This document shows positions 30,101 through 39,333 of a DNA stretch of 64,000 bases, one piece after another (the first letter of the stretch is position 1; every line of letters starts with the position of its first letter). A model generated the notes under the pieces. It was not told the origin of the DNA, searched no databases, and saw only the letters and a program-made list of their open reading frames with translations. A program made the translations under genes and the position numbers. Origin of the DNA: a virus (Duplodnaviria; Caudoviricetes). The stretch is from positions 1 through 64,000 of the IMG/VR virus record IMGVR_UViG_3300027278_000012; one strand, given 5' to 3'.

Positions 30101-31878
30101 AATATGCTATTAAGTTTAAGAATTTAAAAGACATCGAAGAAAGAAGTTTACAATTGTTAAGAATAGAAAGAAATAAAAAATCTATCATGACTTCAACTTT
30201 TGGATCTTTATTAAAAGAAGGAGATGATTTAAAATACAATCCTAATAACTTAGAGAATTCTAAGCTTCTGGAAGACATGATCAAATCTGTTGTGTATCAA
30301 CAGAAATATATTCAAAGCGAAGTGTTTGATGTAGCTCTTGGTAAAATATCTGGATTTGGCAAAACTCTTAATGAGAAACTAGGAATAACTTTATTTCCAG
30401 AAAATCTTGAAGAAAGACAATTGTCAGCAAATAAATTTTTAGATACAATAAATACACAGTTTCAATTAAATACATTAGGACTTAATCCTCTATCTGCTAT
30501 ATCCAACTTATTTGGTGGTACAGCAAATGGTTTAATTAATGCTGGTAAGTATTTTACAAAAACAGATTTCTTAAAAACACAAATGTGGATGCTTGGAGGT
30601 AAAATGACAGGTGGTGAAGATAGACAAAAAGCATTAGCTGCTCTTGATTACTTTGTCCCTTTTGTAGAAAGTTATAATAAGAACGCTGCAAGAAAACTTT
30701 CATTAAATAAAATAGATGAACAAGCTGTACAAGATTATCTAATGTTCTTGATGAGAAATGGTGATGAAGGTGTACAAGCGTTAAACTTTTATACATTTAT
30801 CAAAAATACAATTGTTCAAGATGGAAAAATAGTTAATGTTAGAGAGTATTTAAGAAGCACAGATGAATACAAAGCTTTTTATTCTGGAACACAACAAGAA
30901 AGAAAAGAGAGAGCTGATAAGTTTGAAAAAGATGTACAAGAATTATTAGATGATAAAGGAGTGTTGAAACTTGGAGAGGTAGTAGATGGTGAATTTGTTA
31001 TTCCTGGTGTAGATAAGAAATCTGATTCTGTTATAGAATTTAGAAGAATTGTTCAAAGTTTTACAGCAGATGCTCTTGGTTCTATGAGTGAAGAAAATAA
31101 AAGACTTGTAAACATGAATGTGTATGCATCTTCTATGATGGTATTTAAAAACTGGATACCTAGACTTGTTGATGTTCGTATTGGAAATATAAAATACAAT
31201 GCTGCATCAGATGCTTATGAATGGGGAAGAATGAGGATGATCTTTGGTATGGTATTTACAGACACTTTAAAATCAATCAATAGTTTACAATCTGCATTAG
31301 GAGGGAACAATGATGTTTGGTTAGAGCAAGTTAGGGGTCTTTATGAAAGAAAGCAATCAGAGTATGAAGCTAATACAGGAAAGAAACTTGATATGACTGA
31401 AGATGAATTTATAGCTCTTGTAAATCAAAACATTAAAAATCAAGCAGTAGATTTAATTATTTTGTTAGGTTTAATATCTTTACTGGCAGGTTTAAAAGCT
31501 GCAGCTCCAGATGATGATGAAGATGTTCTTGTTAGAAATCAATATAAGTTTTTATTAAAAGCTACAGATAAGTTAACAGATGAGCTTATGTATTTCTATA
31601 ATCCAACCACTCCTCTTGATTTAATTTCAGGTAAAGGAGGTATATTTCCTTCTATAGGATTATTGGATAATTACAAAAAGTTTTTTACAAATTTTGTTTC
31701 AGAGAACTATGGGATAATTACTAATAACGAAGAGATACAAGATGATGCTACACCAATTAAATATTTAATGAAATCATTTCCTATAGCAAGTCAAGCATCT
31801 GGATATTTACCAATGTTCTATCCTAGCTTAGCTAAAGATCTTGGGATCAAAATGCAATCACAATATGGAATTAGATAA
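27199..31878 (+). CDS. Large ejection protein with a PD-(D/E)xK (RecB/Cas4-like) nuclease domain and an EExxH zincin-like motif
   Basis: GTAGH...SEVKI...AGTVDFI...ILDWKF...QMGKY at about 28110-28580; EEAMH at 27553-27567; long helical C-terminal region. Confidence 0.7.
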   Translation: MAHCVNRSSPEFIALAEQSNINPIILAAKVSLWQEENGLDNFPALEDVVKTTEEEVIEQEASPKLISLMKEFIKSIGVDYKLVSDIVVDGVKQDANGVALIMQKLIQVVEGQEDVALPEEAMHFAVEIIRQTNPKLYQQLLKEINGHPKLNAVIALYGNDPAYQKDGVRDIVKLKEEAIAQVLANRLEDVVGRTWFQKIIDFLTPRFMKAGFDKASMDVLSGKIASVEDIDVSQRGAYFQLSTGERVFNDLLETSKRIKTKDGGYELDGIKSVRRVSDFAKEFYERIFPPSAKSEFEDAVNSLKAEKGTAGHTDIEYALKMLVDPTTGLLREEMEDDSDYISKLNPNDRRMYEILRDNLKERLLAIDEKAPGTRFMSEVKIFDKKRKIAGTVDFIAVTPDGKTSILDWKFMDLNTDRYEDVPWYKVEAWRIQMGKYKDIISTNYGVKSQDFDQTRMIPILAKYTKADFEKQILPRLLEVKIGSANIQNIEEDYLLPVGLADEKTGNKKIDKLIEQFNATYRKLAEEKVNESERSSKAEQLNALYKAIRHLQIKGNVVPLINQAKILNKQVSMLLKRYNTDFEGKDPSEVDADKINAFAGMIRIHLEALQPYLNLKQLGTLLTDETEENDKLKLELGATRDKVEDYIFQLEELDETFGEKFNNTSSTPEKVVKGITKWFSSISTIQVANIQTLYKLANKAFGLSNIETLEQVKRLNVLKDEYTKWASSKGLSIGNYFNILMKKDKNELIDQYDKKFYDELKSRIAKKDVDWILDNVNKDLYREHLEELTEKEIQYILSRPRVGTEEEVKASIKRDMAKVYAKYDIQNKNSNGWLMYKEVRQFPKTDKWESEEWKELNKPENAPAKKFYDYIVERNKYFQSVEYLNGKASRKFLPWIRKGFTEGLVFEGKSRGLGEQFLRNISMDENEAGYGQTDPITGELINSVPKYFTKDLGEGYSTDLFKTMALYNEYAIKFKNLKDIEERSLQLLRIERNKKSIMTSTFGSLLKEGDDLKYNPNNLENSKLLEDMIKSVVYQQKYIQSEVFDVALGKISGFGKTLNEKLGITLFPENLEERQLSANKFLDTINTQFQLNTLGLNPLSAISNLFGGTANGLINAGKYFTKTDFLKTQMWMLGGKMTGGEDRQKALAALDYFVPFVESYNKNAARKLSLNKIDEQAVQDYLMFLMRNGDEGVQALNFYTFIKNTIVQDGKIVNVREYLRSTDEYKAFYSGTQQERKERADKFEKDVQELLDDKGVLKLGEVVDGEFVIPGVDKKSDSVIEFRRIVQSFTADALGSMSEENKRLVNMNVYASSMMVFKNWIPRLVDVRIGNIKYNAASDAYEWGRMRMIFGMVFTDTLKSINSLQSALGGNNDVWLEQVRGLYERKQSEYEANTGKKLDMTEDEFIALVNQNIKNQAVDLIILLGLISLLAGLKAAAPDDDEDVLVRNQYKFLLKATDKLTDELMYFYNPTTPLDLISGKGGIFPSIGLLDNYKKFFTNFVSENYGIITNNEEIQDDATPIKYLMKSFPIASQASGYLPMFYPSLAKDLGIKMQSQYGIR

Positions 31879-31965
31879 TCGAACGCTATATTATACCATC
31901 TATTTTTCATAACACTTTGACGTTAAGTTTATAAACATTATTTTTACACATTATACAACATACCC

Positions 31966-34839
31966 ATGAATCAATTTTGTGAAGCTATTCCATGTCCTGT
32001 TATACTAAATGCTACCTGCGTATTCTACGAAGGAGCTAGTTTAGTATGTTCAGGAATCAATACTAATGACACTCTTGAGACTGTCATAGTTAAGTTAAAT
32101 CAAAAACTATGTAATGTTAGTGGAACATCTGGTACAAGTGGGACCAGTGGGACTAGTGGTACAACTGGTACATCAGGATCTAGTGGGTCTTCAGGCACTA
32201 GTGGCTCAAGTGGTACATCTGCAACTAGTGGTACCACAGGTACTAGCGGATCTTCAGGTACAAGTGGATCAAATGGTGATAGATATAAAACATCTTCTAC
32301 AACAGATTTCACATTAGGATATGCAGGAACGCTCACTGTTGATACTGGATTAGCATATACAACAGGACAATCTATTATAATAGTTCATGATATTAATAAT
32401 TATCAAGAGTGTGTTACTATTTCTTATAATACACTCACAGGTATATTAGTATTTGGTACACCAAATTTAACTGTAGGAGCAGGAGCATTTACATCATGGA
32501 TTGTAAATCTTGATGGTGCTACAGGTGGTGATGGTTCTTCAGGAACATCAGGAAGTAGTGGAACAGCTGGTACATCTGGAACCACAGGTACAAATGGTAC
32601 AAGTGGAACTACAGGAACATCAGGTAGTACAGGTTCTAATGGTACATCTGGAACAAGAGGCTCAAACGGAACAAGTGGCACAACTGGTACTTCTGGTTCT
32701 TCTGGTACTACTGGCACTAGTGGAAGTAACGGAAGTAATGGTACATCAGGTACCACAGGAACAAGTGGTTCTAATGGATCTAATGGTACGTCAGGAATAA
32801 ATGGTATAAGTGGTACATCTGGATCTAATGGAAGCAGTGGAACATCAGGATATGATGGAATAAATGGAACTAGTGGAACTACAGGTACAAGTGGAACAAG
32901 CGGAACAAGTGGAGATACTGGTAGCAGCGGAACATCTGGTACAACAGGTACTTCTGGAACTACAGGTTCAGGTGGAACTTCTGGTACATCAGGGACTACA
33001 GGAACTAGTGGTACTAGTGGTGCAAATGGTATATCATCAGGACAGATTTATTATTTTAATGAATCTCAACCATCAGGAGTTAATACTTATAAAGTGTTAT
33101 CTCCAACACCATCAGCAGCAGCTGAACAAATTGTAACTAAAACATTAACTAACACTCAACAGAATGTATTAATTTCAAGTTTTATAACACCACAGCTAGG
33201 CTTCTCAGTGATACCTGGAGGCTTACAAAGATTTCATTATCATTTCTTAAAACCAGCTAGTAACGATAATATTGATGTTTATGCAACTATACAATTAGCT
33301 GATAGTGCAGGGACACCAATTGGACCAATTATACCTACAGGTGTTTCTGCAATTGGATGGGTTACTTCTACTATACCTGTTGAGGTGACAACAGATTTAA
33401 CATTAACAACAACAACAATTGATCCTACAACTAGGGTGATTGTTAAAATTTATGCAAATAATAATGATAGTGCTTCACATATTTTAAACTGGTATACAGA
33501 AGGATCTTCATATTATTCATTTATTGTTACATCTGTTGGTGTTGTATATGCAACTTCAGGCACTAGTGGATCTTCAGGAACATCTGGTGCAATTGGTTCA
33601 ACTGGAAGCTCTGGAACAAGTGGAAGTAATGGATCTTCAGGTACTAGTGGTAATACAGGATTACCTGGAACAAGTGGTACATCTGGATTATTAGGATCAT
33701 TATCTGCAATAGGAAGTGTTCCTAATGCTAATGCTGCTACATTAACAGGAAATGTATTAAATCTTCAACCTGCATCAGCTTCCTTTGGTGGTGTTGTTAC
33801 AACGGGTACACAAACTATAGCTGGAGATAAAAGTTTTACTGGAGCTATAGATATTAATAATAGTGGAAATTCTTTAAAAGTAACTTCAGGTCAAGGAACT
33901 GCATTGGATATTGTGGGTGGAAATAATAGCAATTCAATAGCTAAATTTACAAATGTAACTGGAACTGTAGAGGTGGGAAGATTCGATGCAACGGGTTTAA
34001 AGTTACAGTTAGAAACAGCATCTACAATAGCTTCATTTGATGCTAATAAAAATGTGGTTAGTTTGACTACAGCAAATGGTTATCCAACATTAACAGAGTT
34101 GAAATCTCTTGTTGGAGTTAGTGCTACAGCTATTCAAACACAGTTAAATGGTAAGCAACCGATTAATGCAAATCTTACATCTATATCAGCTTTAAGTACA
34201 ACAAGTGGAGCCTCATTTGTAAGAGTGTTTAATGGAACTTATTATTTAGACAATGGAAACTATTTAACTTCTGTTGGAATAGCAAATTTAACTGCAACAG
34301 GTACACCATCTGCTACAACTTATTTACGAGGTGATAATACTTGGTCATCAATTCCAGTTTCATCTCAAAGTGCTTATACAGTATTAGCTAATAATACAAA
34401 TGCAAGTGCAGTACCAACCGAACAAGTATATAAAGACGTAGGTCAACAAACCTATACAGCGACACCTACTTGGTCAACATCAGCTCCAACAACTATATTG
34501 GCAAACACATACGAGTGGACTCAAATAGGAAGTACGGTAAATGTTAGAATAAGTTTAAGTTATAATACTGGTGCAGTTAATTCAAGTGTAATACTTCCAA
34601 TGCCAGCCGACATGCCAGTACCATCATCTATAACTGGATTTACTGGGGCATTAGATATACTTGCTTATGGAAGTGGTATGATGGTAAACGCTACAAATCA
34701 AAATCCTCCAGCAGTAACAGGAGCTAGAAACTGTTTGTTAAGAAGGAACGCTGCAAACACTGGATATGAGTTCTTTGTAAACATAAGTGTAACTGTAACC
34801 ACAAAAGTAGTAATTGTTAATTTAACATATTTTGCATAA
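31966..34839 (+). CDS. Tail fibre/spike protein with three Gly-X-X (Ser/Thr) repeat blocks
   Basis: Cys-rich N-terminal anchor (CPVILNATCVFYEGASLVCSGINTNDTL), (G-T-S/G-S-S/G-T-T)n blocks, and a fibre-like C-terminus (TYLRGDNTW, WTQIGSTVNVRI). Confidence 0.75.
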   Translation: MNQFCEAIPCPVILNATCVFYEGASLVCSGINTNDTLETVIVKLNQKLCNVSGTSGTSGTSGTSGTTGTSGSSGSSGTSGSSGTSATSGTTGTSGSSGTSGSNGDRYKTSSTTDFTLGYAGTLTVDTGLAYTTGQSIIIVHDINNYQECVTISYNTLTGILVFGTPNLTVGAGAFTSWIVNLDGATGGDGSSGTSGSSGTAGTSGTTGTNGTSGTTGTSGSTGSNGTSGTRGSNGTSGTTGTSGSSGTTGTSGSNGSNGTSGTTGTSGSNGSNGTSGINGISGTSGSNGSSGTSGYDGINGTSGTTGTSGTSGTSGDTGSSGTSGTTGTSGTTGSGGTSGTSGTTGTSGTSGANGISSGQIYYFNESQPSGVNTYKVLSPTPSAAAEQIVTKTLTNTQQNVLISSFITPQLGFSVIPGGLQRFHYHFLKPASNDNIDVYATIQLADSAGTPIGPIIPTGVSAIGWVTSTIPVEVTTDLTLTTTTIDPTTRVIVKIYANNNDSASHILNWYTEGSSYYSFIVTSVGVVYATSGTSGSSGTSGAIGSTGSSGTSGSNGSSGTSGNTGLPGTSGTSGLLGSLSAIGSVPNANAATLTGNVLNLQPASASFGGVVTTGTQTIAGDKSFTGAIDINNSGNSLKVTSGQGTALDIVGGNNSNSIAKFTNVTGTVEVGRFDATGLKLQLETASTIASFDANKNVVSLTTANGYPTLTELKSLVGVSATAIQTQLNGKQPINANLTSISALSTTSGASFVRVFNGTYYLDNGNYLTSVGIANLTATGTPSATTYLRGDNTWSSIPVSSQSAYTVLANNTNASAVPTEQVYKDVGQQTYTATPTWSTSAPTTILANTYEWTQIGSTVNVRISLSYNTGAVNSSVILPMPADMPVPSSITGFTGALDILAYGSGMMVNATNQNPPAVTGARNCLLRRNAANTGYEFFVNISVTVTTKVVIVNLTYFA
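32119..33696 (+). repeat. Three in-frame Gly-X-X Ser/Thr repeat blocks (about 32119-32277, 32515-33042, 33553-33696)
   Basis: Gly every third residue with Ser/Thr/Asn at X positions and almost no Pro. Synonymous codons are mixed, so this is a protein-level repeat. Confidence 0.9.
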
Positions 34840-35255
34840 TGAGACACATAAGACAAATAAATAGTGTAGGAACAAATAGCTACACAGTAGTTGTAGCTGA
34901 AGAGCCATTAGAGAGTCACAGATCAATTATAAATCATTCAGATCTTTTTGAGATATCAGAGGATGAATTACCTGAATTTGTACAGTATGTAGACATGCAG
35001 CCACCAACAGTACCATACGAAGTACAACTATGGAGAATTAGAACTGTGTTAAAGTTGATGCAGCTAGAGGCACAGATAGAGTCTGCTATAGACGCTATGC
35101 CAGAACCTTCTAAAACTGCTGCAACATATATATGGAAGTTTGGTACAACTGTAGAGAGAGCAAGTCAGACGGTTATGTTGCTACAGTCTGCATTGCAACT
35201 TACGGACGAACAGGTAGATGATTTATTCATACAAGCAGAAGCAATCTTATTATGA
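34839..35255 (+). CDS. Tail fibre assembly/chaperone-like protein
   Basis: Directly follows the fibre gene; ends in a LQLTDEQVDDLFIQA-type C-terminus common in genes downstream of fibres. Confidence 0.5.
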   Translation: MRHIRQINSVGTNSYTVVVAEEPLESHRSIINHSDLFEISEDELPEFVQYVDMQPPTVPYEVQLWRIRTVLKLMQLEAQIESAIDAMPEPSKTAATYIWKFGTTVERASQTVMLLQSALQLTDEQVDDLFIQAEAILL

Positions 35256-35569
35256 TACTATTTACAATAGCATATGTACTCTATCTTCCACTAACTCTAA
35301 TCAACTGGCTATTCGTTAAGGAAAAGTCTGGATACTTTAAGAGCAGTGCTGTTAACTTAGATAGGTTTGGTAATAGAGAGTTCAGGACCTTGTTTAATAA
35401 AGTACTTATAAATAATAATGGGCATAGATTTGGTAATATTGAAGAAACCATATCTAGTGTTTTAGGAAAGAATCAACTAACAGGTACACTCACTTGCGCT
35501 GGAAAGATCTTAGTTTGGGTGTTAGACAAGATAGATAACAATCACGCAATAAAATCAATCAATGAATAA
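35252..35569 (+). CDS. Conserved phage hypothetical protein with an N-terminal hydrophobic helix
   Basis: LDRFGN...FGNIEETISSVLGKN...LDKIDNNH pattern; ATGA-coupled to the upstream gene. Confidence 0.5.
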   Translation: MILFTIAYVLYLPLTLINWLFVKEKSGYFKSSAVNLDRFGNREFRTLFNKVLINNNGHRFGNIEETISSVLGKNQLTGTLTCAGKILVWVLDKIDNNHAIKSINE

Positions 35570-35825
35570 ATTTATAGAAGAAAGATGGTACATGCACCTA
35601 ATAGGTGGAGCCATTACAGTAACACCAATAATTTGGTTGTTGATTAAATTTGACCCATCTTTTGATATAGGTAAGATAGCTCAGGTATTTATTGCTGGCT
35701 TCTTTGCTTATTGTATTGGATTTATGTGGGAGTATTACTTTGCTAAATTTCATGAAGCTCCATTTGATTATAATGACATTTGGTTCACAGTGTTAGGTGC
35801 ATTAATCGGAACATCATTATTATAA
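35562..35825 (+). CDS. Small multi-pass membrane protein (VanZ/YfiM-like)
   Basis: Three hydrophobic segments with H...WE...D..D polar residues. Confidence 0.45.
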   Translation: MNKFIEERWYMHLIGGAITVTPIIWLLIKFDPSFDIGKIAQVFIAGFFAYCIGFMWEYYFAKFHEAPFDYNDIWFTVLGALIGTSLL

Positions 35826-35826
35826 T

Positions 35827-35849
35827 AAAACCCTCTACATGAGGGTTTT
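35827..35849. terminator. Bidirectional rho-independent terminator
   Basis: Perfect inverted repeat AAAACCCTC-TACAT-GAGGGTTTT between convergent genes; it overlaps the stop of the - strand glycosyltransferase. Confidence 0.8.
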
Positions 35850-37931
35850 TATTTTTTCTATCACCATCTCTGGAGTTATACTAGTCTGACATTCAAACTG
35901 TCTATCTGTACCTTTGTGAACAGGGCACCAATTCCAATCTCCTTTATCAAACTTATATTGTGGATCATTCCAACATCCATGGCATACATTTGTGTTAACT
36001 GGTCTATGGCATGAGAACTCATGTTGTTTGTCAGTGAAATTACTGATCATTATCACTGGTACATCTAATCCCCAAGCTAACCAACTTAGTCCACTAGATA
36101 GTCCTATAAAGAATTCACTTTGTGTTATCCATTCTATTGTGCTCTCAATTGATTTGTCAAGTAATGCATCACAGTTGTCAAATGGATTGCTTTCTAGTGA
36201 TACATTCTTCACTATATATCCTTGACCATGTAAGTAATTAATCACTTCTTGCCAGTTCTCTCTGGTCCAGAACTTACATCCAGCTGTACTATTTGTAGCT
36301 ATTGTAACTAGTTTATAGTTTGCTTTAAGTCCTGAGTTATGTATTCTAGGTTTGATTTCTTTATAAGGAAGTCCTAGAATGTTTGTAGCTGTTTGCTGAA
36401 GAGGAATTGTATTAGGAAGAACAGGTTCTTTATTATCATTATAGAACCAACCAATCTTATACATTGCATACAGATTATTAACTGTAGTTCCTGGTTCCAC
36501 AAATTCTAACATTGGATATTCTTTTTCAAATAAGAAGTTCTTAAATGTACTTACAATAACTTCACAGTTATGTAGACATCTAAACTCTTCTACATAAGGC
36601 ATCCAAGCTATAGTATCACCTAGAGATGAACTATCAAAAGCTATATACACTCTTCTGTTCTCTAGATTTAGTATGTTATTATACACTTCCACACCATCCT
36701 TATACACTATAGTTTGCCATCTAGTAAAGTATTCTCTGTTAAGTCTTATCCAATGGTTGCACTTTATTGTATCATAATGAACTAATTTATCACTTTCTAG
36801 ATCATAAAACTCTACATCAAATGTGCTATTGCTAGTTCCTGTTATTTCAAGGAATGGTTGTCCAACAAAGTTTTGTATGATATTATAATCATTTATAGGC
36901 TTTTTGTTCGGAATAACGGACATTGCTTTCTCATATAATGATATGTGATGTTTAGCAAAATCATCAGTTGTATTATTAGTTAGTATATGATAATTTGTAT
37001 GATCTGTTAACATATCTTCTACCTGACGTTTTAATTTTATAGGATTTAGAGTTGTAATATACCTAGTGAACATGTTCTTGTATTGAGGAAGATCTCTAGC
37101 AATAATCTTTTTACCATAACTAATAGCTTCTCTTAATACTAATGGATTACATTCCCATGTACTATTAAACATGAATATATCAGCAGCCATTAGAAAATAT
37201 TTAGCATCATCTCTTTCTCCCCATATCTTTACATTCTCAGGAAGATCTTTCATTAATGGTTTCCAATAGTCTTCAAAGTTACCAGCTTGATTACCTACAA
37301 AGTGAAACCCTATATTTGGCATTTGTCTAGCTAATTCAAGCATCTCTCCTTGATTCTTTCCAGGAGTCCATAAACCAATGTTTACAACATGTTTCATCTT
37401 TAGATTCATACCAAGAGCTATCTTAGCTTCATAACAGTTATCTTCTGACACTCTATAGTTATCAATGGGGAACTCAATCACTTCTCTATAACCATCTACA
37501 TCTTTAAATGTATCTAAGTGATAAGGACTGCAGAAAGCATATGCATCAGGTGTGAATATCTTCTCAGAAGGATTGAAAGAAACATCATGACATGTCTCAA
37601 CTATTCTATATTTCCTATCAGGAGAATATAATCTTGTCACCATCTTAAGATCTAGTCTTTCAGACATCTCATCTATATGTATAATGTCTGGTTTAAACTC
37701 TTCCACCACCTTGAAGATTCTCATCTTATCTTCATTCAGTGTATATAAACCTGTGAGCTTTATAATTTCATCTCTCTGTACAACATAATCTTTGCTGTAA
37801 CATTGATATTCTACCACTTGAATAGATACATTTGGCAGAGTTTGCAACGCTTGTATTCTCTTAAGAAGGAATGCAGGCATACCACCTGTAGATAGGTGAG
37901 GAGCAACAAATAATATTTTTAGTTTAGACAT
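35835..37931 (-). CDS. Bifunctional glycosyltransferase: N-terminal GT4 (GT-B) domain fused to a TibC/AAH-type autotransporter O-heptosyltransferase (BAHT) domain
   Basis: GT4 motifs are HLSTGG, KNQ and STWECNPLVLREA. BAHT motifs are RRVYIAFDSSSLGDTIAWMPY, FIGLSSGLSWLAW and the four-Cys iron-finger CHGCWND...WCPVHKGTDRQFEC (recalled AAH/TibC pattern). Confidence 0.85.
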   Translation of the reverse strand: MSKLKILFVAPHLSTGGMPAFLLKRIQALQTLPNVSIQVVEYQCYSKDYVVQRDEIIKLTGLYTLNEDKMRIFKVVEEFKPDIIHIDEMSERLDLKMVTRLYSPDRKYRIVETCHDVSFNPSEKIFTPDAYAFCSPYHLDTFKDVDGYREVIEFPIDNYRVSEDNCYEAKIALGMNLKMKHVVNIGLWTPGKNQGEMLELARQMPNIGFHFVGNQAGNFEDYWKPLMKDLPENVKIWGERDDAKYFLMAADIFMFNSTWECNPLVLREAISYGKKIIARDLPQYKNMFTRYITTLNPIKLKRQVEDMLTDHTNYHILTNNTTDDFAKHHISLYEKAMSVIPNKKPINDYNIIQNFVGQPFLEITGTSNSTFDVEFYDLESDKLVHYDTIKCNHWIRLNREYFTRWQTIVYKDGVEVYNNILNLENRRVYIAFDSSSLGDTIAWMPYVEEFRCLHNCEVIVSTFKNFLFEKEYPMLEFVEPGTTVNNLYAMYKIGWFYNDNKEPVLPNTIPLQQTATNILGLPYKEIKPRIHNSGLKANYKLVTIATNSTAGCKFWTRENWQEVINYLHGQGYIVKNVSLESNPFDNCDALLDKSIESTIEWITQSEFFIGLSSGLSWLAWGLDVPVIMISNFTDKQHEFSCHRPVNTNVCHGCWNDPQYKFDKGDWNWCPVHKGTDRQFECQTSITPEMVIEKIKTLM

Positions 37932-37954
37932 TGTTTAGACATTTGTTTAGACAT
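37922..37954 (-). repeat. Three direct repeats of ATGTCTAAAC covering the start codon of the GT4-BAHT gene
   Basis: GTTTAGACAT on the + strand at 37922-37931, 37933-37942 and 37945-37954. Confidence 0.9.
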
Positions 37955-37968
37955 TCGACTTTTAAAAA

Positions 37969-37976
37969 CAAAGATA
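37969..37976 (-). promoter_or_regulatory. Candidate Bacteroidota -7 element (TATCTTTG) for the GT4-BAHT gene
   Basis: Matches TAnnTTTG 38 nt upstream of the ATG; no clear -33 element. Confidence 0.5.
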
Positions 37977-38051
37977 TAAAAATATATTTAGCTTATGCTA
38001 TATTATGAAGGAAATGTGAGTTGACCATTTTATTATATGGAATATATGATT

Positions 38052-38059
38052 TACATTTG
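38052..38059 (+). promoter_or_regulatory. Candidate -7 element (TACATTTG) for the lysis cassette
   Basis: TAnnTTTG upstream of the ATG at 38142, divergent from the GT promoter; no -33 at canonical spacing. Confidence 0.45.
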
Positions 38060-38141
38060 TTATAAATTTTTATAATTATTTCTTCTGCGCAATCACACTC
38101 TGTGATTGTCTATTATTATAATACTCCCACCATCTGCAATT

Positions 38142-38465
38142 ATGGAAAACACATTTGAAAAACAAGTAGAACAAGAATTAAAAAGCATGGACCAACGCCT
38201 ATATGATCTAGAGGAGAAGATGACTTCAATAGACACAAAACTAACACAAGTTGTAGACGCTATATTAGGAAACGCATTAACAAAAGCAGGAGGATTTGTT
38301 GCTGAGTTGAATGAATTAAAGGGCAAAATAAAAACCCTAGAGGATAAATTAAGCAGACAAGAAAACTTTAAAAACAAAGTTATGTGGACTGTTGGTGTAG
38401 TGGTAGCTATAGGTGTTATACTACAATATTTAGCAAGTATATATTATAATATAAAACGAGTATGA
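38142..38465 (+). CDS. Holin-like/XhlA-like coiled-coil protein with a C-terminal TM helix
   Basis: Heptad coiled coil followed by WTVGVVVAIGVILQYLA. The ATG at 38142 is preferred over the TTG at 38106. Confidence 0.55.
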   Translation: MENTFEKQVEQELKSMDQRLYDLEEKMTSIDTKLTQVVDAILGNALTKAGGFVAELNELKGKIKTLEDKLSRQENFKNKVMWTVGVVVAIGVILQYLASIYYNIKRV

Positions 38466-39073
38466 TGTTTATAAAAAAGAACTACTTATATTTAATCATA
38501 GGCATTCTAGTGCTTGTGATATTTTTACAGAGATGTGACACTGATAAACCTATCACTCCTGTACCACCAACTGTAGAAATAGACACTGTATGGGTGAAAC
38601 ACGATAGTCTTATATATTCTAAGCCTAAAGTGATTACAGTTATCAAAGGAGTTCCTGAGATACAATATGTACCAGATACATCTTATGCAAAACTTGTTAT
38701 ACAATATAAAAGTTTAGTTGATCTGTGCACAGCAAAGAATGTATACTCAGATACATTGAAAATAGATTCTATTGGATATGTAAATGTTTTAGATACAATT
38801 TCAAAAAACAGAATACAAGGAAGAAGATTCAAGTATGATTTAAAATATCCTGTAGTCACAAAGACCATCACTCTTCAAGCACCTCCTAAAACACAAGTGT
38901 ATATAGGTGGAGGCTTACAAGGAAACCAGTATAACATAGTTAATCAGTTTAGTGCAGGATTACTCCTCAAGACTAAGAAAGATCAAATCTATGGAGTGTA
39001 TACAGGAATGAACACAGATGGAAAAGTACAATATGGCTTACAAAGCTATTGGAAAATCAAATTAGGTAAGTGA
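38462..39073 (+). CDS. Putative spanin-like lysis protein
   Basis: N-terminal TM/lipobox-like LVIFLQRC and a beta-rich C-terminus ending YWKIKLGK; located in the lysis cassette. Confidence 0.5.
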   Translation: MMFIKKNYLYLIIGILVLVIFLQRCDTDKPITPVPPTVEIDTVWVKHDSLIYSKPKVITVIKGVPEIQYVPDTSYAKLVIQYKSLVDLCTAKNVYSDTLKIDSIGYVNVLDTISKNRIQGRRFKYDLKYPVVTKTITLQAPPKTQVYIGGGLQGNQYNIVNQFSAGLLLKTKKDQIYGVYTGMNTDGKVQYGLQSYWKIKLGK

Positions 39074-39333
39074 TAAAACTATTTAAATACATAGAACCAT
39101 TATGGTTAGGAACCAACAATAAGATATCTATACGCAAGATTTTATCGTTGGCTTTTTCTATTGATTTTGTAAGCAACATTTCTTTTGTTATACATAAATG
39201 GGAAATAGGAAAATCATATTCTGATGTAGCTATGTTACTAGGACTAGAAGCTGCTCTTATAGCTGCTCTTCTATCACTCACCACATATTCAACTATGGTG
39301 GCAAATAAAAACTCAAACACAGAAATAGACTAA
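39070..39333 (+). CDS. Holin
   Basis: 87 aa with two hydrophobic helices, immediately upstream of the endolysin. Confidence 0.6.
   Translation: MIKLFKYIEPLWLGTNNKISIRKILSLAFSIDFVSNISFVIHKWEIGKSYSDVAMLLGLEAALIAALLSLTTYSTMVANKNSNTEID

Noticed and set aside
32100-33136. Antisense and alternate-frame ORFs with VPDVPLVP- or LVQVE-type repeats
   Set aside because: These are shadows of the Gly-Thr-Ser codon repeats, with no independent start signals.
34300-34839. Fibre C-terminus as a second DGR variable region
   Set aside because: It has a few extra CpGs, but A-ending codons stay abundant; a recombinational swap of the receptor-binding tip is the simpler explanation.
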